Shown: piece after piece, positions 37,847 through 47,425 of the stretch | How positions within the stretch are numbered: the first letter of the stretch is position 1 | How the letters are laid out: every line of letters starts with the position of its first letter | From: Candidatus Cloacimonadales bacterium | GTDB lineage: Bacteria; Cloacimonadota; Cloacimonadia; Cloacimonadales; JAFGVF01 | DNA length: 64,000 bases | Reading direction: 5' to 3' | NCBI GenBank assembly: GCA_963667035.1 | Contig: OY762964.1 | Location: 2,464,001 to 2,528,000, forward strand | The notes under the pieces: generated by a model | Told to the model about the DNA's origin: nothing | Database searches by the model: none | The model's input: only the letters and a program-made list of their open reading frames with translations | Position numbers and translations under genes: made by a program

Positions 37847-38680
37847 TTATTTATCCACCTCTTCGATGCCAGTATGAGACTCCATAATGTCTTCGCCTCT
37901 AAACAATTCAAACTCAACTCTACGATTGACTGGATATATTAAATCAACACCTTCAACATTAACTGTCTCAACCTCACCGTCAGCAAACACACGTAATCTG
38001 GCTTTTGATATACCATTCTTAATCAGATAGTTCATTACACTATTTGCTCTATTCAAAGAAAGTCTTTTATTATAAGGGATATCACCTCTTAAGTCTGCAT
38101 ATCCGTGAATATCTACTTTTAAATCCAAATTTGCTTTAAGCATATCAATAAATGGTTGAAGTTTCACTTCTTGGGTTGGTTCAATATTAATTTGATCAAA
38201 CTTAAAATATATAACCGGAGCAATATAAGCAATCTTTCTTTCAATAATTTTTTCAAGTGTATCTACTTCTGTTATAACAATAGGTTCTCTTTGTGGAGGA
38301 GGATTTAACTCGGTATTATTATCTTCCATATAGTCTTTAAACTTAGGTGGGACATTCATATAAATTGTCATCATTTCAGGAATCGGTGGTACAGAAAGAT
38401 ATAAATTCTGCGTCCATTGATTAGCATTTATCGGAACAGCTCTAATGTTTAACATGGTCTCTTCCGAAAATTCTATTTCAGTCCTAAAAGGTGACTTACC
38501 GACCTTTCTATCATTGATATAAATCATCGCTTTTGTCGGTAGTGTTCTTATAGTAATCTCCTCAACAAATGTACCGTCGTGAATATCCATTGATTTCTTA
38601 AATGGAGCAACAGTATTCGAGCATGACGCAAGAATAATCACTATCACTAGAGAGCTAAACAACATTAAAGTCTTACGCAT
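37847..38680 (-). CDS. Lipoprotein with PEGA-like and OmpA-type peptidoglycan-binding domains
   Basis: Probable start ATG 38680, lipobox LASC, IRTLP.KA.IYIN..VGKSP, IYFKFD, GYAD.RG..YN..LS..RA, NRRVEF. Confidence 0.85.
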   Translation of the reverse strand: MRKTLMLFSSLVIVIILASCSNTVAPFKKSMDIHDGTFVEEITIRTLPTKAMIYINDRKVGKSPFRTEIEFSEETMLNIRAVPINANQWTQNLYLSVPPIPEMMTIYMNVPPKFKDYMEDNNTELNPPPQREPIVITEVDTLEKIIERKIAYIAPVIYFKFDQINIEPTQEVKLQPFIDMLKANLDLKVDIHGYADLRGDIPYNKRLSLNRANSVMNYLIKNGISKARLRVFADGEVETVNVEGVDLIYPVNRRVEFELFRGEDIMESHTGIEEVDK

Positions 38681-39848
38681 GATTAATAACCTCTTCCCTG
38701 AGAACTTTTTCTCTTTGTTTATTAATAATATCAAGATTGTATTTATTCAATACTTTGATTTTTGCATTATGAGCAATTTCTTCTCTTTTGTCAACAAATC
38801 TGTACATACTATATATGATTTCAGACATTTTTCTTGAATCAAGTGGATCTATAAGAAAGCCATCCACACCATCCTCAATAATTTCGGAAGGACCATATCT
38901 ATTTGAAGAGATAACGATAACTTCATGGGCCATTGCCTCTATAACAACTCTCCCGAAAGTTTCTGTTGCCATTGTAGGCATAAGTAGAATATGAGATTTA
39001 GCATATTCATTAGAAATATTTTCAGATTTCCCATTAAAAGTAATATACTCTTCTAATTTGTGGTCAATAACCTTATTGAGACATTGTGCTACATAGCCCT
39101 CATCTCCGGCACCAAACACATTTAAGTGAAAGCTCAATTCCGGATAATTATCTCTTAGAACCTTTACAGCATCAATACAAATATGTAATCCTTTCTTTTC
39201 ATCAAGTCTCCCTGAAAATATTAGGCTGAGGCTCTTATCATTCTTTTGGACATCTTGAATATTATTCATGTCAACACCTCGAGGTATTACAGATAGTCTT
39301 AATGGCTTTATCTCATCAGCTAATACTTTACCCATCCAATTAGATACCGATATCACCCTTTTCCAGCTAATTTTCCCAGAGACCATATAAGGACAAATAG
39401 CTTTAACAAATTTTTTTATCTTGGAGTTTATAGAATCAGATAAATAGTTTCTATACCAAAAATCACCGAAATCATATACTATTGGAATTCCTGATTTCTC
39501 AGCAGCAATTGAAGGTGCAATACTTAATGATTGCTGGTTCCATATATATATTAAATCAGGTTTAATAGCCTCAATAAGTTTTGATGTCTTTTTCAGATTT
39601 CTAAATTCTACTTTGCTTTTTTGAAGATAATCACTGCTACTATAATCTATGTATTCGAGTATTCGCATTACTTCACCGGGAAAAAAAGAATTGGCATTAT
39701 AAACATTTGTATCTTTAGTTCCATATTTGCCACATAAGATAAAAACTTCATGCTCTTTGCCTAGATAATCACAAGTATCCTTGCAAGATATCTCATATCC
39801 GCCTTTTGAGTAAGGGGGATAGTAGTTTGTGATTATCAATATCTTCAT
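38673..39848 (-). CDS. GT4-family glycosyltransferase
   Basis: YYPP...GGYE, SGRL..KKG, ETFGRVVIEAMA (EX7E), GPSEII.DG. Confidence 0.9.
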   Translation of the reverse strand: MKILIITNYYPPYSKGGYEISCKDTCDYLGKEHEVFILCGKYGTKDTNVYNANSFFPGEVMRILEYIDYSSSDYLQKSKVEFRNLKKTSKLIEAIKPDLIYIWNQQSLSIAPSIAAEKSGIPIVYDFGDFWYRNYLSDSINSKIKKFVKAICPYMVSGKISWKRVISVSNWMGKVLADEIKPLRLSVIPRGVDMNNIQDVQKNDKSLSLIFSGRLDEKKGLHICIDAVKVLRDNYPELSFHLNVFGAGDEGYVAQCLNKVIDHKLEEYITFNGKSENISNEYAKSHILLMPTMATETFGRVVIEAMAHEVIVISSNRYGPSEIIEDGVDGFLIDPLDSRKMSEIIYSMYRFVDKREEIAHNAKIKVLNKYNLDIINKQREKVLREEVINHA

Positions 39849-40801
39849 TACTTGAAGTTCCTTAACACTGAGTATCTTAGAGTTGAAAGTTTATATTTTG
39901 CTGTAGCAACTATACTCCCCATGTATGCTTTACAATATTCACCCGTTCTATTTGCTACATGCATAGGTTTAGGAATAGGAGGTAAAGAGTATCCTTCAAT
40001 ACGAGCCCATTCTAATAGGTCCTGCACTAACTTATAATATCTAAGTGTTTTCACACTCCATCCTGTCCATGGTTTCTGGGCAAGACCAAAGTGTACTAAA
40101 TAGGGTGGATTACCTATATCAAGAAGATATTTAGAAATCTTTGGAATCTCATTGGAATATGCAAATAGGGAATTGAAAACAGACTCATCAGTCATAGAAT
40201 AGGCTTGATCCTTCTTATTATAGACATTTGCTAATCTACTTGGAAGAACCTTTAGCATCTGTGATTGCCATTTGTAAATGAAAGGATAGCTATCTTTGTG
40301 AATAACAAAGCAATTAGTCTGTCCTACCGTTTCAATACGTGAAGTTTCTCTCTCTCCTATATCTTGCCTCCAAGTTTCTAAAACTTCTTCAGGAATAAGT
40401 CCCACCTTATCAATTTTTTTATAGTAGTTCCTGTAAACGGTTGCATTTTCTTCTTTCTCTCTAAATCTCATCTGAATCCCGTCTTGAGTGGTGACTAACA
40501 AATCGGTAATATCGTGAGTAACAATGCAATCAGAGTCCATCCATATAACCCAATCGGTTTTAGCTGCAAGTATTGCTTGAGGCTTCATAACACAGACACA
40601 TTGGTTTCCTGGATTTATTCCTTCAACAACTTCAACATCAGGAAACTGACTGAGATATGCCATCTGCTCTTCGGTAAAATCATAAACACTAACGACTATC
40701 TTTGTGTTAAGATTAAACTTCCTTATAGAGACTATCAGAAGTAATGCTCCCCAAAGATAGTTTGCATCACATGCTGTGACTATAGTTTTATTTGTAGTCA
40801 T
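39848..40801 (-). CDS. Putative GT-A fold glycosyltransferase (GT8-like) or hypothetical protein
   Basis: IVTACDANY, KPQAIL, IWMDSDC (DxD), DESVFN, HFG. Confidence 0.55.
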   Translation of the reverse strand: MTTNKTIVTACDANYLWGALLLIVSIRKFNLNTKIVVSVYDFTEEQMAYLSQFPDVEVVEGINPGNQCVCVMKPQAILAAKTDWVIWMDSDCIVTHDITDLLVTTQDGIQMRFREKEENATVYRNYYKKIDKVGLIPEEVLETWRQDIGERETSRIETVGQTNCFVIHKDSYPFIYKWQSQMLKVLPSRLANVYNKKDQAYSMTDESVFNSLFAYSNEIPKISKYLLDIGNPPYLVHFGLAQKPWTGWSVKTLRYYKLVQDLLEWARIEGYSLPPIPKPMHVANRTGEYCKAYMGSIVATAKYKLSTLRYSVLRNFK

Positions 40802-41199
40802 TATCCGGTGACTCCTTTAATAATATCAGTAAGATGTTTATCCGGAAACAAATCAATTCCGGCAATGCTTTTAAGAAGATACATAAGAACGAATATTAAT
40901 GCTAGTATTAAAATTGTTGAGAATAAATATGTAAAGATTTTTGCAACAACTACTATACCTTTATCAACATCACCTTTATCTAAGGCTTTAAAACTATTTC
41001 TAATGTCTTCACCAAAAATAAGGACAATATACCATCGCTTTATAAACCAGAACGAGAAACGAATATCTATAATACCTCTTGATGGGACAGGCGGTAACAT
41101 TCTTTTTAACAAACCCATTAGCTCTTTTCTCTGAGCATGTGATAAGTTTTGTTTGAAGTCTGTACTTCCAATAACTTTTCTATCTTTGTTGTTATCCAT
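40801..41199 (-). CDS. Small hypothetical membrane protein
   Basis: Probable start ATG 41199; IDIRFS..WYIVLIFGE.IR, a TM helix, YLLKSIAGIDLFP. Confidence 0.6.
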   Translation of the reverse strand: MDNNKDRKVIGSTDFKQNLSHAQRKELMGLLKRMLPPVPSRGIIDIRFSFWFIKRWYIVLIFGEDIRNSFKALDKGDVDKGIVVVAKIFTYLFSTILILALIFVLMYLLKSIAGIDLFPDKHLTDIIKGVTG

Positions 41200-42538
41200 G
41201 TCTAATGCTCTTTGTTTCTTCTTTATCCATTCGGTACATGATGCTAATAATTGCAAAAACAAGCATTAACTGATAGAAATTATTTGTTTGTTTTAGCACC
41301 CACTCTAGCACTGATTCTAAGTAAATAGCAATAAGACCCCCCAGAAAAGCAATTGATAGAAACTGATAAGGCTTCCCTTTATATTTAATAAAATTTCTTA
41401 GATTCAAGAAGTAGAAATAGAATATAAACAAGAAGAAAAGTACTAGAGTATGCCAACCGCATTCCGCTGCAATCATTAAGTATATAGTCTCAACTAAGCC
41501 ATTACGCTCGTCAGGATCCTCTTCATCATGCATGGGTATGTGAGAACTGTAATTATATGGTGGATTAATTTTAACACCAAAATTGTTTAATCCAACTCCC
41601 AAACGTTTATCATTAGCCATTTTTTGAGCTGCTATCGCAAGGTCTATTCTAGTATTGGCTGAAGCTTCAGGAGCTGTTTCAAACCTCTCTGTGATCGAGT
41701 CCCATGCTCTCATTAGAATGAACATACTAAAAATTGCTAATGTAAGAGCTATTAGTAACTTCTTGTGAGTGTATCCCGCTTGAAAAGATAACAACAATAC
41801 TATTACAACTGAAAGAGCAAACAGAACCATTCCTGCTCTTGAAAGTGTCGAGATAACCGATATCGCAGCCATACCAAAAATGCCTATCCATATCATAGTC
41901 TTCAATTTGCTGTGTTCTTTATTGTTTAATAAATAAGCAAACACAATTGAGCCGTAAATAATCATATACATAACAAGTGAATTTTGATGCGGAAACGGAC
42001 CGGCAACTTGAAACTGATGGTTCAGGTATTTCTGCCTGACCACTTCATAGAAAACATATAAAGTAATTGTAGCAATACAGCGTAAGAATAGGTTAAGAGT
42101 TTCTTTATCTCGTATATAGTTATACATAGTCCAGAAATAGACATACATTCTCATCATCTTCCAAACTTCAAACCAAGAATAAAGTGTATCGGAAGAGTTT
42201 ACCATAGATATCATACTGGATATAAAGTATAAGAAGTATAAAATAGTTCCCGGTGGGATTAAAAGTTTATGTTTATGAGATCTCTTTATAACTATAAGAA
42301 ATAAAATCATGGTAGCAAGGTCTACCATACCAATTTCAAATCCTTTAGAAGTTAATCTCATCCATTCTCTTGAATAGAAATTAATATCCTCCATCCTAGC
42401 TGTAAAGAAGATGGATAAGAAAAAAACTATTTTTTCGACTATCGGACGTCGGATGGCATAATTATAACCAATTGGGACACCAATAATAAGCGCTAGGAAA
42501 AAGAAAACATACTTATACGCTGATAAAGCTTCAGTCAA
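41192..42538 (-). CDS. O-antigen ligase/Wzy-like polymerase
   Basis: Multi-TM, GPFPHQNSL, TLSRAG, R...A..M......GVGLNNF, IAAECG. Confidence 0.8.
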   Translation of the reverse strand: MTEALSAYKYVFFFLALIIGVPIGYNYAIRRPIVEKIVFFLSIFFTARMEDINFYSREWMRLTSKGFEIGMVDLATMILFLIVIKRSHKHKLLIPPGTILYFLYFISSMISMVNSSDTLYSWFEVWKMMRMYVYFWTMYNYIRDKETLNLFLRCIATITLYVFYEVVRQKYLNHQFQVAGPFPHQNSLVMYMIIYGSIVFAYLLNNKEHSKLKTMIWIGIFGMAAISVISTLSRAGMVLFALSVVIVLLLSFQAGYTHKKLLIALTLAIFSMFILMRAWDSITERFETAPEASANTRIDLAIAAQKMANDKRLGVGLNNFGVKINPPYNYSSHIPMHDEEDPDERNGLVETIYLMIAAECGWHTLVLFFLFIFYFYFLNLRNFIKYKGKPYQFLSIAFLGGLIAIYLESVLEWVLKQTNNFYQLMLVFAIISIMYRMDKEETKSIRHG

Positions 42539-42588
42539 TTCGCTACTCCCTTGTCGCTTTCGTCATTAATTTACCTATAACAAGAGAG

Positions 42589-43659
42589 CTAATTGTCTCC
42601 GTTGATCATATCATTCAACAACCATGTAGTCTGCACTGCTTGTAAGGATGGTGTTACCATTGCCAGCACCTGATTCCATGTCGCCAATGGAGTTCTTGGT
42701 ACATAGACAATATCATTGGGCTTTAAAGGAAAATCCATAATTTTGGCTTGCAAAATTGCTCTTGTATCAATTCTATATATTCTCGGATGATGCAGTCCAC
42801 CTCTAAGAATAAATACCTGATTCTTTGCACTATCTGTAAAACCTTCAGCAAATGCAATAGCCTGCATTAAAGTCATATTTAACTTATATGCAAAATGACC
42901 TTGTTGAAGTACTTCTCCAATAACATAGACTTCTTTATTAATAGCTGATGGTAAATAGATATAGTCTCCATCTAAGACAGGAATATTATGAAGCATGTTG
43001 CCATTATCAATAAGCTCTTGAAAATCCACAGGTAGCACTTTATTGTTTCTGACAATATATGCTCTTTCTAAATCAGCTAATTCAGTTGTATTATTTTGAA
43101 AAAATCCCAGTTTAGGACCACCGGCTTTAGCAATAACATCCGCTAATCTCATGTTTCCGGTAATCTCGTAAATATTCGGATAATCTACTTTGCCTAGCAC
43201 TGTAACATGAGCACTTGTCATTTCATAAGGTTCAAACATTACTCTTGGAAACTTAATATAGACACTCAATTCCTTTTCGATCTTGGCTATAGCATCATCC
43301 ATAGTTAATCCTTCAACATTAATGTCTCCGGCAAGTGGAATTGTGACAGTACCATCAAGTTTTACTATTATGTTATCTCTGGCTAAATCATCTTCACCAT
43401 ACACTCTAAAATGAAATTTATCATTAGGACCAACTTCATAAGCTGGTCTCTTAACTTTATGTAATCTTTCTAACTCTTGTAGAGCTTCTTTAGGTAATGC
43501 ACCTTTGAATTGCATCTCTTCCAGATAATCTTCAGGGACCTTTAGATTCTCCTCTTTATAGTTTGAAAAAATATCAAACTTGGAATCCTTTACTGAGCAT
43601 GATACTGTAAGTAAAGCAACCAGTATGAAGATAACATTATGAAATTTACATCTTATCAT
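42589..43659 (-). CDS. wza: Polysaccharide export lipoprotein (Wza/SLBB)
   Basis: Lipobox TVSC, YEVGPND, DGTVTIPLAG, repeated SLBB (VLGKV, VIGEV, L..GDYIYLP, LKPNDIVYVP). Confidence 0.88.
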   Translation of the reverse strand: MIRCKFHNVIFILVALLTVSCSVKDSKFDIFSNYKEENLKVPEDYLEEMQFKGALPKEALQELERLHKVKRPAYEVGPNDKFHFRVYGEDDLARDNIIVKLDGTVTIPLAGDINVEGLTMDDAIAKIEKELSVYIKFPRVMFEPYEMTSAHVTVLGKVDYPNIYEITGNMRLADVIAKAGGPKLGFFQNNTTELADLERAYIVRNNKVLPVDFQELIDNGNMLHNIPVLDGDYIYLPSAINKEVYVIGEVLQQGHFAYKLNMTLMQAIAFAEGFTDSAKNQVFILRGGLHHPRIYRIDTRAILQAKIMDFPLKPNDIVYVPRTPLATWNQVLAMVTPSLQAVQTTWLLNDMINGDN

Positions 43660-45649
43660 TGTAATATTCCTTATCAATGAAGTTGATTATACTGCAAACA
43701 TTATTTATATCCTTTTCACTAAGCTGATCAACTACAGATCTAAGCTGGAATTTATTTGTAAATCTGAATCTGTTGACCATAATAAGCATATCCGCAGTAG
43801 AAGCTATAGTACTAAAGACATAAGAGTTTTGACTAAACTCAAAGAGTTCCCATATTACATAATCATACTTGGAAACCTGTCTAAAGAAATTTACCATGTT
43901 CTCATAACTGATAATCCTTCTGTGCAGACTATCCTCAAGGTAGAAATAACCTTTACTTAAATTTTCCGTAATATCGTTAAATGTAACGTTTACATTGCTG
44001 TTGTATATTGCAGGATTAACGACATAAGGCATAATTTCATCAGTAACTGCATTGATAGAATCAATATACAATATTTTTTTATTGTTATCAAGAAGTAGGT
44101 TTATCATTTCTTGAATCAAGAATGACTTACCACTTTCTGCTATTATGGAACCAAAGTTGATTATAGCTGGATGATACTCAGAAGTTCTTTGTATTATATC
44201 CGCCATTGTTGACTGAATACTCTTATAGAATGTTTCAGAGTTGACAGACTCCTCATTAGGAATCATACCTATAACAGGGATATTAACAAATTCAAAGACA
44301 TCGACAGCCGATTTAACTGTGAAGTCTAAAACCTCTCTACCAATTACAACTACAACCATCAAGGCAAAAATGAACACGCCAGAACCTAACACTATGAGTT
44401 TTTTATTAAGTCCTTGAGGCCAGGATGGTACTTTTGCTTTTTCCAGAATATCAAAGTCACTAGTGTTAGAATCCATAGCCATCTTTGATTCAGAGATTCT
44501 TCCTTCAACAATTCTAAGTATATCTTTGTTAAGATCCAACAATCGTTTAAGTTCGAAATAAGTCTTCTGCAAATAGTTTAAATCTCTTAGACTTCTTTTT
44601 AATCTTCTTATATCAGACTCGTAATCTTCTTGTAATTGAGTCGAAGCACTTAATTCACCTTGGTATCTCGCTAGGTCTCCTTCAAATGATTGTAACAGAT
44701 TATTAGGTCCCCAGCTTGTCTCGTCAGGAACCTCAGGATACTTATTTCCTTCAATAATCCTACGTTGTAAATCTTGGATTTCAAATAATGCTTTCTTTAC
44801 TTTAGGATTTTCATCAGTATATCTTGTTCTTAATACATCAAGCTCTTTTTTCAGTTGGAGGAGTTTTGATTCTTCCGATCCATTGTAGATCCAACCAATC
44901 ATAATCTCTTCTGGAACATCATTCATAATGTTATGAAGTTCTTCAATCTTTGTCTTCATTTCGGTCATAGATAGTTTGTTCTTGGTTTGTTCCAGTTCTA
45001 TCTGATTAAGCTGTTTAAACTTCGCTTCTGTCTCATTTTCAATATCTATAATGCCATATCTAGTCCTGAATTTTTCCATTTCAATTTCAAGACTATCAAT
45101 TCTATTTTTAGTTACTTCTCTCCGATCTATGTAATAATTGTAAATCTTGGATACGGAAGAGTTCTGGAGCTTAGTTGTATTGTCAATAAAGCATTGTGCC
45201 AAAGTATTAGCAAGAATGGCTGCAGAGTCCGGATTCGAGAATTGTACTGAGTAAATCAGAATGTTTGACCTACCACCACGCTTAGGAATTACGGTCCCTG
45301 CTAATTGTTCGGGAGACATAGACAAATTAAGTCGTTCAATTGCAGAGAGCATAACATCACGAGTTTTCATTGTCTCTAAAATAGTATTAATATCAAATGT
45401 CTGATAAAGGTATGGTAAATCATCAGGTGTTGCCATATTCTTACTATAACGAATAAGATAGCAATCTGCTTTCCATACTGGCTTAACAAACAGAAATGAG
45501 AATATTGCAGCAATGAACATTACGGCTAATGTAACAATTACAATTAGCCTAAAGTTCTTGAAAAACGAAGTTACAAGAACTTTTCTATCTAGAACAAATC
45601 TACTTGACTGTTCATTAATGGTTTGCGTACTTTTAATCTCATCTGACAT
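43646..45649 (-). CDS. Chain-length regulator/co-polymerase (GumC/Wzc-like)
   Basis: N-terminal TM, long coiled coil with RYTDENPKV, second TM, IPVIGMIP, degenerate P-loop AESGKS. Confidence 0.8.
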   Translation of the reverse strand: MSDEIKSTQTINEQSSRFVLDRKVLVTSFFKNFRLIVIVTLAVMFIAAIFSFLFVKPVWKADCYLIRYSKNMATPDDLPYLYQTFDINTILETMKTRDVMLSAIERLNLSMSPEQLAGTVIPKRGGRSNILIYSVQFSNPDSAAILANTLAQCFIDNTTKLQNSSVSKIYNYYIDRREVTKNRIDSLEIEMEKFRTRYGIIDIENETEAKFKQLNQIELEQTKNKLSMTEMKTKIEELHNIMNDVPEEIMIGWIYNGSEESKLLQLKKELDVLRTRYTDENPKVKKALFEIQDLQRRIIEGNKYPEVPDETSWGPNNLLQSFEGDLARYQGELSASTQLQEDYESDIRRLKRSLRDLNYLQKTYFELKRLLDLNKDILRIVEGRISESKMAMDSNTSDFDILEKAKVPSWPQGLNKKLIVLGSGVFIFALMVVVVIGREVLDFTVKSAVDVFEFVNIPVIGMIPNEESVNSETFYKSIQSTMADIIQRTSEYHPAIINFGSIIAESGKSFLIQEMINLLLDNNKKILYIDSINAVTDEIMPYVVNPAIYNSNVNVTFNDITENLSKGYFYLEDSLHRRIISYENMVNFFRQVSKYDYVIWELFEFSQNSYVFSTIASTADMLIMVNRFRFTNKFQLRSVVDQLSEKDINNVCSIINFIDKEYYNDKM

Positions 45650-45666
45650 TTATTATAACACCTCTG

Positions 45667-46806
45667 CTAATTAAACGTACTCCATATGGTTAAAAAACTG
45701 TCAACTTTAATTTCCCATTCAGTAATTAACTTTTTATCAATTTTATTAAAATCATATAGTCTATCTACAAATAGCAGACTAGGTAAATCCCTATATAAAA
45801 GTACTCGCGGGTGCCTTACAACGTCTCTTAACGCACATAGATGGAAAGGCTTAACACGTAACCAATAGAATATATTTTTGAGTAAGATTATTTTCCCTTT
45901 TTCAAAAAACAAATCATATTTTAAACTGTCCTGATACTCATTCATGGAATAATTTCCTTTTTTGGCCGAATAGGTTTGGAATAAATGATAATATACTTTT
46001 TGAAAAATATCAATCAACTTACTTGTCCAAACCCAGAGCTCTTCTCCGGTTACATATTTATAATTAGGACTCATCTTAAAATCAATTGCATCTCTATACA
46101 GAGTAATCAGATTCGTTTCCTTAAGTAGTGCTACGTTCTTGGGTTCGCAAACTGACTCTATCAATTCTTTTCTTTTAAGATAGGAATAATGATAAAGATG
46201 CTCACTCATTAAGATTGCATCACACATAGCCATCACAGCTTTGTTATTGTTTCTTGAAACATATTCAATTGATTCGTCATTAAAATGTAAAAGGGACTGC
46301 CGACTTTGAACAAGTGCCACTCCTCTATTTAATAATAACTTCAGTCCCTCTTCTAAATCAATCTCACTTCCATCCCAAGTAGGAAGATAATTAAGGACCC
46401 CTTCATCACCATATATAATTTTATGACCGTACTTCAGCTCATAATAGACTAACCAGAATGGAGCTTTCTTTAAAAAGTTAACAGTCTTGCATGGTCCAAA
46501 ATCTACGTCTATGCCAAACTCCTTTGTTAGTTTCTTATGTACTTGAGTAAGCTTATAATTAACTAATTGTAATTTCTTTCTAGATATGTTTGGGGCGATA
46601 ACAAATAAATCATAGTCATTAAAGAGTAATTCATTTTCGGCTTCATGAAGGATACCGCCTTCACCTCTACCGTAACCTCCACCAAGAATTATTGCCTTAA
46701 TGTAATCATGAGGAACTGCGTTTAAAACTTCCTCTATTATTCTTTTCATGTGACTATCAATCAATGTATCGATATATATACTATTGTATGGAGTATACTT
46801 ACCCAT
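45667..46806 (-). CDS. Pol-beta-like nucleotidyltransferase domain protein of unknown function
   Basis: IILGGGYGRGEGG...FNDYDLFV, later IDVDF; helical C-terminal region. Confidence 0.6.
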   Translation of the reverse strand: MGKYTPYNSIYIDTLIDSHMKRIIEEVLNAVPHDYIKAIILGGGYGRGEGGILHEAENELLFNDYDLFVIAPNISRKKLQLVNYKLTQVHKKLTKEFGIDVDFGPCKTVNFLKKAPFWLVYYELKYGHKIIYGDEGVLNYLPTWDGSEIDLEEGLKLLLNRGVALVQSRQSLLHFNDESIEYVSRNNNKAVMAMCDAILMSEHLYHYSYLKRKELIESVCEPKNVALLKETNLITLYRDAIDFKMSPNYKYVTGEELWVWTSKLIDIFQKVYYHLFQTYSAKKGNYSMNEYQDSLKYDLFFEKGKIILLKNIFYWLRVKPFHLCALRDVVRHPRVLLYRDLPSLLFVDRLYDFNKIDKKLITEWEIKVDSFLTIWSTFN

Positions 46807-47425
46807 TTATAAACTCACTGCTCAAATAGTTGCAAAGTATTTTTAAAACTTGGTCGAATTTCTTCTCTCCGGGAATAATAATATCTGCATTCTTTTTACT
46901 AGGTTCAATATATAGCTCATGCATAGGTTTAACTTGATTAAGATACTTATCCAACACTGATTCTATGGTATAGCCTCTTTCTTTAATATCTCTTGATATT
47001 CTTCTGGCTAGTCTTATGTCATCATCAACAGCGACAAACAGTTTTAAATCGGCAAGATTCACAATTTGCTTATAATACAAGCAGAAAATTCCTTCCAGAA
47101 TAACTACATCAACATCTTTTACCGATATGGCATTGGGAATCTGTTTATGTGTAATGAAATCATAATCGGGAATAGACACTTCTTCACCTTCCAATATCCT
47201 ACGCATATCGTATAATAGTTTCACATGGTCTATTGAGTCTGGATGGTCAAAATTAACCTTTGCAGCTTCATTGGGAGAAATGTGACTTAAATCGCGATAA
47301 TAGTTATCCTGCGATATGTGAATTACCTTACTATCGTTCAGAATCTTTTGAATTTCTCGTGTGATTGTTGTTTTTCCTGAACAAGTACCGCCAGAGATTA
47401 GAATCAAACTCTTTTTGGGAATCAT
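46799..47425 (-). CDS. udk: Uridine kinase
   Basis: ISGGTCSGKTT, QDNYY, NFDHPDS, PDYDF..H, ILEGI, RRISRDIKERG, VKPMH..IEPSK. Confidence 0.93.
   Translation of the reverse strand: MIPKKSLILISGGTCSGKTTITREIQKILNDSKVIHISQDNYYRDLSHISPNEAAKVNFDHPDSIDHVKLLYDMRRILEGEEVSIPDYDFITHKQIPNAISVKDVDVVILEGIFCLYYKQIVNLADLKLFVAVDDDIRLARRISRDIKERGYTIESVLDKYLNQVKPMHELYIEPSKKNADIIIPGEKKFDQVLKILCNYLSSEFING

Noticed and set aside
45667..46806. CBASS CD-NTase or toxin-antitoxin MNT
   Set aside because: No effector, cap or HEPN-toxin partner is adjacent, and the gene is translationally coupled within a polysaccharide operon.
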